Assembly (NCBI RefSeq): GCF_009914755.1
Contig: NC_060925.1
DNA: 64,000 bases
Strand: one strand, 5' to 3'
From: the human T2T-CHM13v2.0 reference genome, Homo sapiens
Position 1 is the stretch's first letter. Each line of letters opens with the position of its first letter. Both the position numbers and the translations under genes were made by a program. A model generated the notes under the pieces. That model saw nothing but the letters and a program-made list of their open reading frames with translations. It was not told the origin of the DNA and searched no databases. Below, in pieces: positions 1-15,600 of this stretch.

Positions 1-2133
1 TAGGGTGTCCACAGTCTTGGGCCCGCTATTCCTCAGCCCAGCCCTGCCCTGCCCTGGCAGGGGGGCACCTGTCCTTGGGTGCAAGCTCACACTCGTTGCC
101 CGGGTGCCTGCTGGCCAGGTAGCTTGCCTGGTCATCCTCGGGGTGTGGGGAAGGACCCCAGGAGGGGAAGTGGCCGCGGGGCAGCGCGGTGTGTCGTCTG
201 GCCTCCGCTGTGTAAGCTGACAGTGGCCTGAAGGGCTTTGGGATGGGGCAGCCCCTTGCAGGCCTATCCAGGCCCAGCCCCATTGCTTTGGTGTGTCAGG
301 TCCAGAGCCGTGCTCCTGCCTCGTGGCCTGTGGGCTCCAAGGGCGGGTTTTGAAGCCCCAGGAAGGGTCACACCAGAGGCAAGCGGTCGTAGCTGCTCTT
401 CCCAGAGTAAGACTCAGCCGTCTGTCACTGGGTGTGGTTTTGTCCCTGACCGACAGCTGACACTGGGGCCCCCAGGGGCCTTGGTAGGGCGGGTGGCATC
501 CCAGGCCTGAAGACGGCTGTCTGCTTCCTGGGGCTTTGAGAAACCAATACTGCTCAGGTGACAGTCCCTCTGAGAGTGTCACTTCCTCCGCCCACAGGGG
601 CGCAGACACCTTCTATTTTACACGTTTCTCTCCGTTTCTCTGATGCTGCAGAGAGCCCGCCCTGAGAGCCGGGAGTCGCCTGATGAGGGGTCGGCAGGGG
701 TCTTAACGGAGTCATGTCTCCGAAGGCTCGTCCTGGCTCCCTGAAGACCAGGAGCGTCCCTGGCCCCAAGGATGGCCCTGAGCCCATCTGCCTCAACCCT
801 CCAGATCTGCAGGGTCCTCGGCCACCCCCCACTGAGCGGATTGGGCTCGGGGCCCCGGGCCTACGGTCCTCCCGCCACCTCCACGGGGCGGCTGTTGGGG
901 CCCCACCAGGCAGAGCCGTGTTCTCAGGCGTTGGCTCTCATGGAGGTGGCCTGAGGCATCTGACTCTTTCCCCTCAAGGAGTCTCTGAGTCTCCCGGAGT
1001 CAGCGCCGGCTGTTGTGGCTTTTCCCCGGGTGATAACTGAGCCGAATTTCCGCGCCCGCTTCAGTGGCTGCTTAGACAGGAAGCTCCACCCAGCCGGGCG
1101 TCCTCGGCCTTCTGTGCCTCTCGGGAGGGTCCGCATGATTCCGGAAGGGGCTCTGCTGCAGCTAGGATGGCACCCGCCCCTGCCAGGCATAGGCACAGCA
1201 CCCTGCGGTCAGGGCCTCCGCCAGACGTCATCAACACTCACTTCCCCTCGAAAGCCGCCACATAGAGGGGGTATTTTCAGTGTCTTTTTTCCTGAACAGC
1301 TATTTTAGTGTCTCTGAAAAAAACCATCCACAGCCGTGAGCCTTCAGGGGCTGCCTGCCCTGCGTCCCCGGCCCTGTGCGCCCGAGCACTTATCTTTCTC
1401 CCTTGGGCCCAGGTCAGAGCCAGGCACCTGCCCCTCCCCTGGCCCCACCCTGCTTGTTCCCTGAGGGCTGCAGGGTGGGTGCACGTGCTGCAGGGGAGGC
1501 CACGGGCTTTGGCCAGATCTTCCCCCAGGGCCCTCCATCCCCATAATTGGAGCACCTTGATGGACAGCCTGCCCTGCGCCCCATCTTCCCCCTAGGGAAG
1601 CAGGGTCCCTGCTGCCTCCAGGAGGCTGGTTCCTGATGCAGCGTCTTCTCCTAGAGTCCTGGAGGTGGGAAGAGCCCCCGGCCCTGAGTGTGCTCTGTCC
1701 ACCAAGGCTTCCTGGCTGAGGGCAAGGGCGGAGCCCCCACCGCCCGACTTTGCTGCCTCCTCTTGAGGTTGGCCTCGGCAGAGTGAGTGGGACCTCACCC
1801 CTGTGAAGGGCCCCTTGCCCTGTGTGGCCTGTTCTGCGTTGGCCTGTGGTGTAGACCTGGTGCCAGCTGCCCTGGAGACTCTGTGCTGTCCTGTGGGGTC
1901 TTTGGCAGTAGAGGAATGGCCCATTTTACGGAGACTGCCCTGTGATTTTGCTTGGGAAGAGACCTTGGGTCTCAGTTGTGCCTTGCGGGCAGCACCGTCT
2001 CAGGGGTTTCCAGCCGCAGGGCTGTGGGAGTTCACGTTTGCCTGAGGCTGGATGTACCGGCTCAGGCCCCCAGCACACAACCCACATCACTCACTGGCTC
2101 TTGGGGGATGTGCCTCAGCACCTGACACACAAC

Positions 2134-2241
2134 ACCTGGTTCTGAGTGGGCTGGGTCCAGGCACCTTCGCTAAGCTTCCTCCACCAGCGGGACCTGGTTC
2201 TGGGTGGGCTGGGTCTGGGCACCTTCGCTAAGCTTCCTCCA
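2134..2241. repeat. tandem duplication with 58-bp period in SKI intron 1
   Basis: acctggttctg(a/g)gtgggctgggtc..ggcaccttcgctaagcttcctcca at 2134 and 2192. Confidence 0.85.
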
Positions 2242-2936
2242 GCACCGGGGCTGGCAAGGAGCGAGGCAAAGGTGTGTGTGGTGCCATCCTGTAGGAGCCA
2301 GGCTCCTTGGGGATGGTGTCCTTCATTTTGAAAATGTTTCCTTCCCATGGGGAGGGGGCAGCCAGAATGCCCACTCTTTAATGCACCTGTGCCAGTGGCC
2401 CACAGGGACACGGTGTCCCCTCCCCGCGACCACCCCTGTGCCGCAGCTGCCCTTCCCAGACGCATCCGTCGTGAGTGGCTCTCGCCGTGCTGTGGCTGGT
2501 TGAGCTGAGTGCCCAGCGCTGGGCACCCTCTGAGGACACACTCGGGTTCTAGGAAAGGGGTTTGGCAGGAGAAGGACGAGGGACTCCTGGCCAGGCTGAG
2601 CCGCTGTGGAAGGGGAGAGTGGGTCTTGGTGCTCCATCCCAAACCTGCTGCAGCCGTGGGTGAGGTCACCCGGAATGGCAGGACAAGGTCCACTCTGTTC
2701 TCTCGGAGATGACTTGTCCCTCAGCACAGCCTCCACGTGCCTGTTGCGCGTGGCCTAAGGGCCTTTATGCAAAGTGGACTTGGTCTCCTGGGGGGTGCCC
2801 TGGAATCTGCCTTCTGCGCCACTCAGGGTCGTTTGTGGCCGGAGTGCATGGGGCTCTGACTGCCATGTGCCAGCCACGGGGCTGGTGGAGGGACCCTGCC
2901 CTGGGAACCACAGGTGCCAACAAAACCTTTCATTGA

Positions 2937-3365
<429 letters not shown>

Positions 3366-3718
3366 GTGAGTGGGCGCCATTCACAGGTGTTTCTGATCAC
3401 GGGGGAGGCTCCACGAGGGCTGTGCATGCGGACGCGCCCATGTTTCTGCAGGCTGGGTGCCCAGACCTGCCGCCTTTTGGTCAGGGCAGTCTCGGTGTTG
3501 GTTCCTTTGGCTGGCATCAGGGAGAGCACACCTAGAGCGTTCCCCGTGTTCTGGGTGGAGTCGTGGGTGGAGCCCTGTCTGCTGGGCGCAGCTTCTTGAT
3601 GTGTTGGCCTGTGTCTGGCCTTCGCAAGAGACCCAGCAAGCAGAAAACGCTTACGGGTTCTTAGGGAACTGTAAGCTTGACTTGAAGATTCGGAGCTGGG
3701 AAAGTCTTTCCTGTTTAA

Positions 3719-4613
<895 letters not shown>

Positions 4614-5960
4614 TGAACGGGCACAGGTGGTGCCTCCTCCCTTCCTGGCTGCCCCATGCGCTCCTCTCTGCCTCCACCTCAGTGGGCCTGCCTGGGACCT
4701 TGGGGGTCCGTCTCCCAAAAGCTGCAGCCCTGGGTATGGTGAGCCCCTCAGTGTCCCCAGGCTGATGGACATCCCAGGAGGCCACTACATTTGGCTTGAC
4801 CACAGCTTTCCCCATCAGGATCACACACCCTGCGTGGTGGCCCCACTGAGGAAGTAGCCATGTTTCTCTGGTATAAGGGAGGCCGGGCTATTTTTAGTGG
4901 CAGAAAGAGTTGGGAGCAGCTGCATGGAGACAGTTCCTTGCTCTGTGTGCTCCAGGAGTGGGTGTTCACGCGCTCCGCCAGCAAGACCTGGCGTCTGCAA
5001 AACACAGGCGTGAGGGGCGTGCTTACTAATGCCTGGTGTTCCAGAAGGCGGCTCCCGCCAGGCCTCCCGAGTAGGAAGGAGAGGGCTCGGCCCGCACAGA
5101 CACACACACACCCACCTGCACACGCTGCTTCTCTGGGCTCTGCCTCACGGTTCTCACGCTGCAGCTCCGGTCTCGCGCCTCCTTTTACGTTGTTTAGGTT
5201 TCTTTCTGACATGACTGAGGGAGGTGCGGTTCACAGGCAGAGCTGCCTGGGGAGAGAGGTGTGCAGGCGGCCCGTTGTTCACCCGGCCCCGGCCTCGCTA
5301 AATTCACACCTCGGCGGCGTCTGGCAGCTTCCGCGGCGTGGGCTTTAGCACAACACAACCCCGTCGGCCCTCAGAGCTGCAGGGTTGCCGACGTGCCCTC
5401 CTGCGCGTGCCAGTCCCTCGCCCCAGCACGTCCCCCGCCACTGTTGTCCTTGATTCTGGTTGGAGGTGTGATTTCCCACATACATATTCATGTGGTGTGT
5501 TTGCAGCGTGGGGTGTGAGTCACACGGATATTTTAATGGGGAGAGTGGGGGGGCTTGCGGAGGCGCCGGGCGGATGGACGTGTCCATCTGGCTGCGTGGG
5601 GAGACCCGGGGCCCTCAGATGGTGCGATGTCTGAGGCTGCCCTCCTCACATTGATGGGAGCCAGGGCCTACTTGGCTTGCTGCCCCCAAGGGGAACGTGG
5701 CCCTAGATACCGGGGGAGGCCCCGCCGCAGCCTCAAGTGACTGACTCAGGCCCCCAGGTTTAGCACAGCTGCCACAGGCCTGGCGGAAACTCCGGATGGG
5801 GGTCTGAAAAGCCTTTGTGGGGTCGGGGCACCACACGGGTTGGGCTGATGGCGCGCTGGGGGCGGGGCTCCAGGGCACATTGTCAGATAGATGACCCCAC
5901 GGGGTGGGCTGAGGACTGCTGGTCATGGTGAGGGGTGTGCTGGGACCGGCTGGGCAGTGA

Positions 5961-6730
<770 letters not shown>

Positions 6731-9600
6731 ATTCCGTGCCTGCCGCCGCAGCGCCGCCGACATCGCGGGTGCAGGGGGGCGCGGCTGGGCGGTGCAGCTC
6801 CGCCCGGCTCCGCCCCTGCAGCCCACACAGCACAACGTCTTACCGTGCCTATTACCAAGCGAGTGTTTGTAACCATGTAGTTTTGGAACCCACTGCAAAA
6901 TTTTCTACTGGCCAAGTTCAAGTGAGTAAGCCGCGTCCCCCAACTACAGCTGGAGACGGGGCCAGCTCGGCGGCCTGCTGGTCCTCTGCTTGCTGGAACA
7001 TTCTAACATTTACACTTTTGTTATAAGCTATTTAAAACCAGTAAGGAGACTTGAAATTCAGAAAATCAACACATTTTTAAATGACTAACTTCTAAAAGCC
7101 CCAACACATGACGCCATCTGAAGACCCGCAACGGAGTGGGGGTGGCGGCCGCCCCACCCTCCCCACCCGGGGAAGCCATCACAGCTCATCTGCCCGCGGC
7201 TGCGTGAGGACAGCAGGGGTTTTTCTTCAGAGTCTATTTTTTCAGCGACAAGGACCCAGGTCTTCCTGCTGCTGCCAGGGAGAGCAGGGACAGTGCCGCG
7301 TGCGAGATGAGCTCGAACACTGCCCGCCTTACTGCCGCCTACCCCGCCCGCCACGCCGCCGTCGATGCCAGCGCTGTCCCCACGGGTACCAGGAAGTGCA
7401 GAGCCGCACAGGAGCTGCCCCGGAGCTGAGGGGACGGTCTTCGGCTCCTCTGCACCCCGTGATTCTGCCCACGCTCCTCCACCACGAGGCACTGACCTGC
7501 GTCGGGTGGTGACCGTGGCTGGCGGTCACGCCCTCAGCCCCTCCGGGCACACGTGCCGCCTGACCGGGCGACCCTTTTCAGTTCGGCAAACGTCGCTCCC
7601 TTCATTTTGGGACTGAGGCTGCAGCATTGGAACAAAAGAGCATTATTTCAATTTTTCTTTCTTTTTTTTTGTTCGTTCATTTAAACGTATATTTAGAACT
7701 GCACTTTGTCCACAACCTTCCCTTCTCTTTCTATTCCCCAGTGAACTGAGGTTTTTACCGATTTATAGAGCAGTCAAATCCGAAGTGCTCGAGTGCTTAG
7801 AAACCCCCTCTGGTGCTTGGTTGAACAAGGGAATCACAAGAAAACGAAAATGCAAAAACTGAACTTCGGGGGTCGTTCTGTGCCTTCCAGCATCTTGTAC
7901 AGCAAATCCTGACTCGTGTCTTTTTACCCCCAAGATATCTGTCTTCAGTAGCGACTGAATCTGCCACTCTCAGAATAAGTTCCTTGCATTTATTCCAAAT
8001 AATCTCGTTTACTCTCACCTGTTTATGCAAATTGTATAAGGTTTCTTATGCCCAAGCTTGAAAAATGATTTCCCAGTAGACAAGAGGCGGCTACCTATCC
8101 TACAGTTACGGTATTTATTTACATAAGAAGATCTTACAGGAGTTCTTTGCTTGAATCCGTTCTAACACCCGCGGCAGCTGCACGCGCTCACAGAAGGTGG
8201 AGGTTACTTGCCCAGGTACAGACGACCTCGGGGCAGTGACGAGCAAAGACCAGAGACTGCTGAGCCCTCGCATCTGGGTGGCGGAATTGCCTGCGGGGTT
8301 TTGCCCTTGGTTTACTGAGGGGGGTCTTGGTTGCTGCTGAAGCCCCCCACCCCTTCTAAAGTGCAATGCAAAAGGGACATCATGTATATGCAGCGTTTGT
8401 TTGGAATTTTCTTTGCTTTTGTTTTCTTTGCGGTTGTTCTGTGTGCATGGATTCCACACCTCTGCCGTAGGTAGATCCGTCAGCGGGCATTATTACCGTG
8501 TCTTGTAAAGGGTCGGTTTTGTTATGCAACACGCAGAATGCTGTTTTTAGCCTTGTTTTACCAGAGTTGTTTTTTTTTTCAGTTATTTCTTCAAGGGAAA
8601 CTAAATGATTTAGTTGGAGCAAAGCTTTAAGTGTGTTGGCGTGCTTCTGTGTGGCTGTCCTGTGTCGCCAGGTCGAAGATCACAGTGAGGTAGAGGCCCT
8701 GCCCCATCCCCAGGGCCGCCAGGCTTGCTCCGTTTGCTTTGAGTTTTTAGACCCCAGAGGGAGATGAGCTTTTCCAAGCTGTGTCTGGGCCAGAGCCTCT
8801 CCTTGCCCTTGCTCCATCCCGACGGTCACCGTTGGGTCCACGCCTCCACCGCCCCATCTTGCCCCAAACGGAAAGCGCTGTATCTGCAGTGGCAGCCCTT
8901 CCCCACTTCGGCTCTGGGAGGGTCCAGCCAGTGTCACCTGGGCCCACCCTTTCCTGCAGCTGCCAGGCCCGTGCGGTCAGTGGGACCCGGACGTGGGCAG
9001 GCGAGCTCGGGACCCTCCCAGGCAGTTCCCACAGCTCTTGCCTCGGCTCACCAGGGTCACTTCCACTGTCAGGGGCCTGAGGGGGCAGCTGTGGCTGCAG
9101 GGCTGCTCTGGACTGAGGGGTCCCAGGCCCCGAGGGGTGCACGCCTGGCTCCCCTTGGCACAGGTGCGAGTCCGTTTCTTTTCAGCAGAAGGGGGAAGAG
9201 GTGTCCGCTGTGTGGGCTGCTGACTCCTCTGTGTGTGAGGCCCTTCATCTAAGTGATTGTGTATTCAGTTTAATTCTCATTATATTTCTATACTGAAAGA
9301 AGATTTTTAACGAAGGGAAAAACAACAGCAATAACATTCATATCTCTGGAGCAGCTAACTCATACACGTAATGTCTGCTTTTCGTACAGAACTAGCCAAT
9401 GTAAAAACAGTTCACCTGTAAATACTTTTTCCTTTTTCACCGTTGTATTATACATGTATATGCTGGGTCCTTTTTCAGAAACTCTTTTCTTACCTGAGAG
9501 TTGTCTTGTTTTCTGGGCTGTTTTTAACTGAGGAAAAAAAAAATGCTTTCCTGCCGGGGGGCAGGGGAGACGGAGAAACCCATGTGCGTTTCCCATGTGA

Positions 9601-9800
9601 CCCCCTCCTCCCTGTGGGTCTGAGCCCCGGCCCCCCCCACCTCCTCCTCCCTGTGGGTCCGAACCCCGGCCCCCCCACCCCCTCCTCCCTGTGGGTCCGA
9701 ACCCCGGCCCCCCCACCCCCTCCTCCCTGTGGGTCCGAACCCCGGCCCCCCCCCACCCCCTCCTCCCTGTGGGTCCGAACCCCGGCCCCCCCACCCCTCC
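9601..9800. repeat. 38-40-bp C-rich VNTR, 5 copies, inside the SKI 3'UTR
   Basis: ctgtgggtc anchors at 9612, 9651, 9689, 9727, 9767; unit ccccctcctccctgtgggtccgaaccccggcccccccca. Confidence 0.92.
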
Positions 9801-10119
9801 CTCAGCCCACCAGGGTCCAGGGAGATGTTCGTTCTCGCTTTAAGTCAGGAGTCACAAATGACTTTTTTTTTTTCAATTAAGGAAAAAGCTCCATCTCTAC
9901 CTTTAACATCACCCAGACCCCCGCCCCTGCCCGTGCCCCACGCTGCTGCTAACGACAGTATGATGCTTACTCTGCTACTCGGAAACTATTTTTATGTAAT
10001 TAATGTATGCTTTCTTGTTTATAAATGCCTGATTTAAAAAGAAAAGAGCTTGGCATATTTATCTATTTCGCTGTGTACCTGTTAGTCCTTCCCCGACCCC
10101 GAAACAGATGACATTGTAC

Positions 10120-10125
10120 AATAAA
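10120..10125 (+). terminator. SKI: SKI polyadenylation signal
   Basis: AATAAA preceded by TGTA motifs (10074, 10116); composition returns to GC-rich intergenic sequence soon after. Confidence 0.85.
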
Positions 10126-13100
10126 GGACTTTGAGAGGACCGCGGGACAGCTGTGCGTGCGCCCACCACAGCCCCTCCCCAGACCGGCCACACACGGGCG
10201 GCTGGGACCCCCTCGCTTTCAGGCCATCGTGGGTGGGGGTGCTGTCACAGGTCAGATTGTGGGCCTCGGAGTCTCCGTCGACCCCGAGGGCACGTGGGGT
10301 CCAGGCGGCCGCCCTGGCACAACTGCCCTCTCACCTAGTCCCCGTCCCCTCTGAGCTGGGCAAGGCCACGGTTTCCTCTGCGATTCAGGGAGCTTGCAGT
10401 CCCTGCTTGTAGCACTGGATGTGGCTGGAGCCCTGGCTTGAGGCCACCGTGGCCTTGGGCCGGCTGGGAGGAAGCCCCACAGAGTGCAGTGCCAGGACAG
10501 AAGATGGGATGGGGCCTTCCCGGCTGGGCCTCCACGGGGGCCTCTGAGGCCGCACCTGCGGTTGGCCAAGGTCCAGCTCCCGCACGGACAGACCTGTCCC
10601 CAAGGGGTGGATCGCCAGCTCCCTGAGGAGCTCCTGGGTTACTTGCGGGGGAGAGGGGAGGTGGCATCAGAACCCTGGACCCCAGCGAGCTGCCCCGAGG
10701 GAGACACAGAGGTCCCTTCTCCCCACCTGACCTCACAGGGGGGCCTTCCCAGACCCCTGTTCTGGGGATTGGAGGTGCCATGCCGCATGCCAATTTCATG
10801 GAGGCACAGCCCCGGGTGGGCTCCCTGGGGTGCCAGGCCACCACCTCTCTAGGCTTCCTTAGGCCATCACATCCAGCATCTCCAGCCCATCCAGGCCCTC
10901 ATAGGTCATCTGGGTTGTGGTCCGAGAAAGGCATGGGCTGGTAGGGGCTCCAGCCGGCCCCTCCCCCCAGCCTCCCGGCACAATTTCCAGGTCCCCATCT
11001 CTTCTCTCCACCCCTCGGGAAGTGCCCCCAAGCTTGGGGCTAGAGCAGACCTGGCCCTCCCCTCACTGCCACATAGGGGCTTCCTTCTTCCCTGCCCAGG
11101 GCCCCAAAGGGCTCATAGAGCCCCCACGGAGGGTACAGGGCGGCCTCTAGACCACACAGGCCTACCCCAGCAGGCCTCAAAACACCCACTCCACATGGGC
11201 CTGGCTTCTCCATCCAGGCTAGGCCCCTGGGTGTTGGGGGCAGTGGGCAGGGGCGTGGGCCGAGGGGAACATGGGCCACAGCAGGAGTGGGTGTGGACTG
11301 GTCCTGGGCACGTGCATGTTCTGGGGGGCAGAGGATGGGCGGCTCCAGAGTGCCGCTGGCAGGACCCTGAGACTGAGTCAGTTGTGAGCACAGAGGACCA
11401 GCCCGGGGTCCAGTGCAGTGGGGAGGAGTTGGGGAAGGGCTGGGCCGAGGTCCTGGGTGGGCCTCGAGGACCGTCCCTGTGGCCACATGGGCACTCTGCC
11501 TCGGAGCTGAGCACCGCAGGGCTTGATGACGGCCCTCCCGACCCTCCCGGAGACTCAAAGGCACTGCCTCCAGCAGCCACGTGGGGGCAGGGAGGGGCGG
11601 TGCTCTGCGCTCAGTTGTTCCCCAAGCTGCCCCAGGCTTCTCTTTGGTGTTTACCTTTGGGTATAAACTTAGAGCTTTAAAGGGCTCTGGCCACCTGCTG
11701 AGCTAGGCCAGCCGTCACCCAGGGTCAGAACCCTCTTCCCAAAGCTGTTCCGAAGGGATCCAGGGGTCTCCTGAGTGCTGGGGGAGAGGAGGCCTGGGTG
11801 GGAGAAGCTCCCTGCCTCCATGCCAGGGGAGGGCAGAGGTGGGGGGAGAGAGATGGCCCTCCCCACCCTACCTCTGCATCCTCAGGCTCAGGACTCCCAG
11901 CATTCACACCTGCCTGGGCCTCTGCAGGGACCACGGGTTAGCCCTCCAGCCTCAGCTCCCTGGAAGGGCAGCTCCCAGTACCCCTGTTCCTGGCAGTGCC
12001 TGTTTCCAAGCCCCCAAGAGCTGGGGTCTGGGGAAGATGAGCTCAGGGAAGGGGATGGGGGCTCCCCCACCTCCCTAGTTTCTGCCCCACCCTGTGCCCC
12101 ACCCGTTTCATTTCTGCCTCAGTCACCAACAGCTGTCCTTAGGTCTCAGCTGTGCTGGTCTCCCCCTCCTCCTGGAGCCACAGTCCTGCCAGCCTTCACC
12201 CACCAGCCTGTGGTCAAGGGGGCCGACAACGGCTGAGCAGCCTGACCTTGTCTGGGGAGGCAGCGGCCAGCACGTCCTAGGTGGGGAGTGGAGACTGCTG
12301 ACCAGTTACTGCAGCCACTGGTTCAGCCCCGCGTGTCCGGCCCCAGCCCTAAGCCTAAGCAGGGACCCGGCTCCTCCCTCACTTCACCCCCAACCCGCCC
12401 TCCTGCCCCAGCGCAGTGCTCCAAGGGCATGGCCAGGGGCCCCCAAGCTGGACACCCCCTCATGGCTGCATGAGGGGCTCTACCCATTGCCCCAGCCCAC
12501 AGGCCCAGACCCCGACCCCATCCTGGCCCAGGCCTGGCCACCCCCACGTCCCAGCACCTGCTTTGACTCCCCCACTTCCTTCTGGCCAGGAAGAGGCAGC
12601 CCCCACCCACTCTGTTCTCGTAGCCTCTGCACAGCTGCTGGTCCTGCTCCAGGCGACCCGGCCTCTGACCCCACGGAGCCTCCGCTGGAAGGAGGTGCGG
12701 AGCCCACAGGGACACCCCCAGGCCAGGGCCGCCTGCCCTCCAGAAATGATGGGGTCGTGACCCTGATGTGTTGGCCCCGGGGGGGTCCCGACCCTCCCCA
12801 CAGAAACTGCCCTGTCTACTCCACCCACAGCGGACCCTGGGGAGGGGGTGAGGACAGAACATTTGGGGACTGGATGCCCGCCCAGCCCTGCCACCCCCCG
12901 GTCTCAGTGACGCACATGGCCATCTGTGCCTGGCCTGTGCCAGGTGGGTGGGGGCCTCAATGGCTGGGGCACCCAGCCCTGGAGCAGGTGGCCCCGCTGC
13001 GGGTGAGGACCGGCAGGGGCAGCCTGGCCAGCCTGGCTTGTCTTTGCAGTGTCCTGTGCTGGGCCAGGTGTCCAGCCGGGCTGGGAACGGACCTTTCTCT

Positions 13101-14199
13101 CCCATGGCCGGGCCTGGCAGCTCTTACTGGCAAGAAGTGCAGCCCAGGCTCGGCCTCCATGGCTCCTCCTGCAAAGGAGGCCTGTTCCAGAAACTTCCAG
13201 GGACAGGGAACCGTGGGGAGGTGGGGAGGTAGGGGCTGGAGGCAGGGGCTCCCTGGGTCAGCCCAGGCAGCAGTGTCTCCCAGTCTCCTGCCCCTCCCCG
13301 CAGCTGTCCCAAGGACACTCTTAGGTATAGGGGTGCCAAGTGCCCAGGCCCCGTGGAGATACAACTGGCTGGCTTGGAAGGGTGGGCTCCTGGCTGTCCA
13401 GCTCAGCCCAGAAACCAGGATTGGGTGCCATCCAGATCTAGAACGAGAGACCAGGGGTGTGGAGGGTCGAGGGCCGTCTAGAGGCCTTGGTGGGGGCCGG
13501 GCAGGCCACCAGCCCCGAACCCTGGAGGGTCCCGTGTACCCTGGCCAGTGCCAGCTGCTGCCCCCCTGGCCTGGCCCTGCCAGATTCTCCCTGACAGCCC
13601 TGTCCCCCTCTCTGCTGTCGGAACCTTCTGGCCCTTCCTGCAAGGTGGGCCTGGCCAGGCTGGGGTCTTGGTGGAGGGCAAGCAGGAACCAGGGACAGAC
13701 GATGGAGCTCTGTGTGTCCTCCCTCATGGAGATGCCCCCAGCTGGGTGAAATGACCCTGGTCGGTGCTATGCCCAGGTTAGGCCAGGCTACCAGTTGCAG
13801 ATGGACACCGCCCTGCGCCCTGCTGTGCCCACCCTGGGGCAGGAGCTGGGCAAGGTACTGTGTGCCCTGTGGTCCAGCCCCACTCTGCCCTGCCCCTGGT
13901 GGGGCCTGCACCCGAGGGACGTGATGCCCACGCCCCAGCTTCCTGTTTCTAAGGAAAAACAGTCCTAGGAAAAAGGCTGTAGCGTCGGAGGAGCTGCCCT
14001 CGCCAGGGCCTGGGGGGATTGTGGGTGGGGAGGCTGTCCCATTCTGTGATCCCAGGGATGCGAGGAGGGCCGTGGCTGGTGTGGCCGGCACTGGGTCAGG
14101 TTTAGGCCGGGGTCTCTCGGGTCTTGGTGTTGGCCCCTCCGTGTTTAGAATCCTCCCAGGCCAAACCAAGGCGGCCTCCAGGGTCACTCCTGCACAGGA

Positions 14200-15600
14200 C
14201 AGTGGCCGGAACTCCGAAATGACCACCGACCTGCGCTGGCCGCTGAGGGTCCGACAGACCAAGGCTCTGGGCCCCCTACCCCATCCTGCGCCCCGTGCGC
14301 GAAGTCTGCGGGGTCACTGCTGCGCAGGACAGAAAACCCGCAGTGGGGCCCCGGCCTGTCCCCGGCCCTGGCGCTGTCCTGGCATCCGGGGAAATCCTGT
14401 TTCTGGCTCCAGGCCAGGGCCTGCCCCTCACCCTGGAGAGGCCCCGTCGGAGGCCGGCCTCGCGGGGGAAGGGCGGTGGCGGAGGAACTACCCAGGAATT
14501 CCAGCGCCGGCTCCGAAACCTTCCCAATCCCGCTCCTTCGCCCGGGCCGGAATCCGCGCTGGGGGGGTGGGGAGGGGTGCACGTCCCGGGCCCCGCGCCG
14601 CGTCCTCAGGGCCGGGGCGGCCTCCCCGACGCCCGTTCCGTTCCCAGTCCGGGGGCACTGGGGGCCCCGAGTCAGGCGGAGCGCGCCGGGCCCCACTTCC
14701 CCACGCGGAGGGGCAGCCCCGCAGCCTCAGGCTCCCCCCCGCAGCCTCAGTTTCCCCCCCGCCCCCGCCGCCTCTTCCCCTACCCCACCCTCCCTGCCGT
14801 CCGGGGCGGCGCCCCCCAGATTCGCGGCCAGCGCTGGATTCCGGCGGGGTGGGGCGGGGGCTTCCGGCCCGGGGGCGGCTGGTCCGAGCAGCAGGCCCGG
14901 GCTGGGGGGCGGGACGGGAGGCCCTGGGAGCTTCCTGCAGCGTGGGGGCGGCTCCCGAGGTGGGAATTCCGCCCCCGAACCGGCGGGCTACGTGCGGGGG
15001 TCTCGGAGGCTGCGGCTCCTCCCGTCGGTGGGCGCGGCCGCCCCCAGAGGCCGCTGCGGGAAGCAGGGCGGCGGCAGGAAGCGCCCCCCCCGTTCCCCCT
15101 TCCCCCCCGTACCCCTCTTCCCCCGCTCGTCCCCCCTTCCCCACCCCAGGCCCCGCGGAGGCGGCGCGCGTTTCACGGGTTTCGCCGCCCGCGGCACGGT
15201 GGGGGCGGGGGCGGGGGCGGGGGCGGCGGTGCGACCCCCAGCGGTGGAAGCGGGAACTGCAGCTCGGCCGAGCTCGGGGTTGGGGGGTCCCTGCCAACCC
15301 TGCCCTCCCGGAAGGTCCCAGCCTGGCGGGTTCGGGTGCTTTTCTCTCTGGGGCGCGGCCTCCCTGTTCTGCTCAGTTGGGGGTCCGTTCCCGGGAAGAA
15401 CCACCACACCCCCCATCCCGGCCCGCAGGCCCCAGCCGCCAAGTCGTTGCTGGGGAGGTGGGCGCAGGCCGCCCTCTCTCCGTGAGCCCACTCGCCACAA
15501 CCCGCAGGGACCTGGGGGACTCGGTGGATCCAACCACAGGAGACCATGAGACACAGGCGGTCTCGCCGAGGCCTGCCGCTTAGAGCTGTCTCTCCTCCTC
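14200..15600. promoter_or_regulatory. intergenic CpG island with GC boxes and G4-type motifs
   Basis: very high GC and CpG density; GGGCGG boxes; (GGGGGC)n run at 15201-15228; bounds approximate. Confidence 0.8.

Larger units (their letters stand above)
6731..10145 (+). other. SKI: SKI 3'UTR (~3.4 kb; end approximate)
   Basis: runs from the stop codon to the AATAAA at 10120; AT/U-rich blocks against a GC-rich background; miRNA seed matches, Pumilio element and ARE. Confidence 0.85.
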
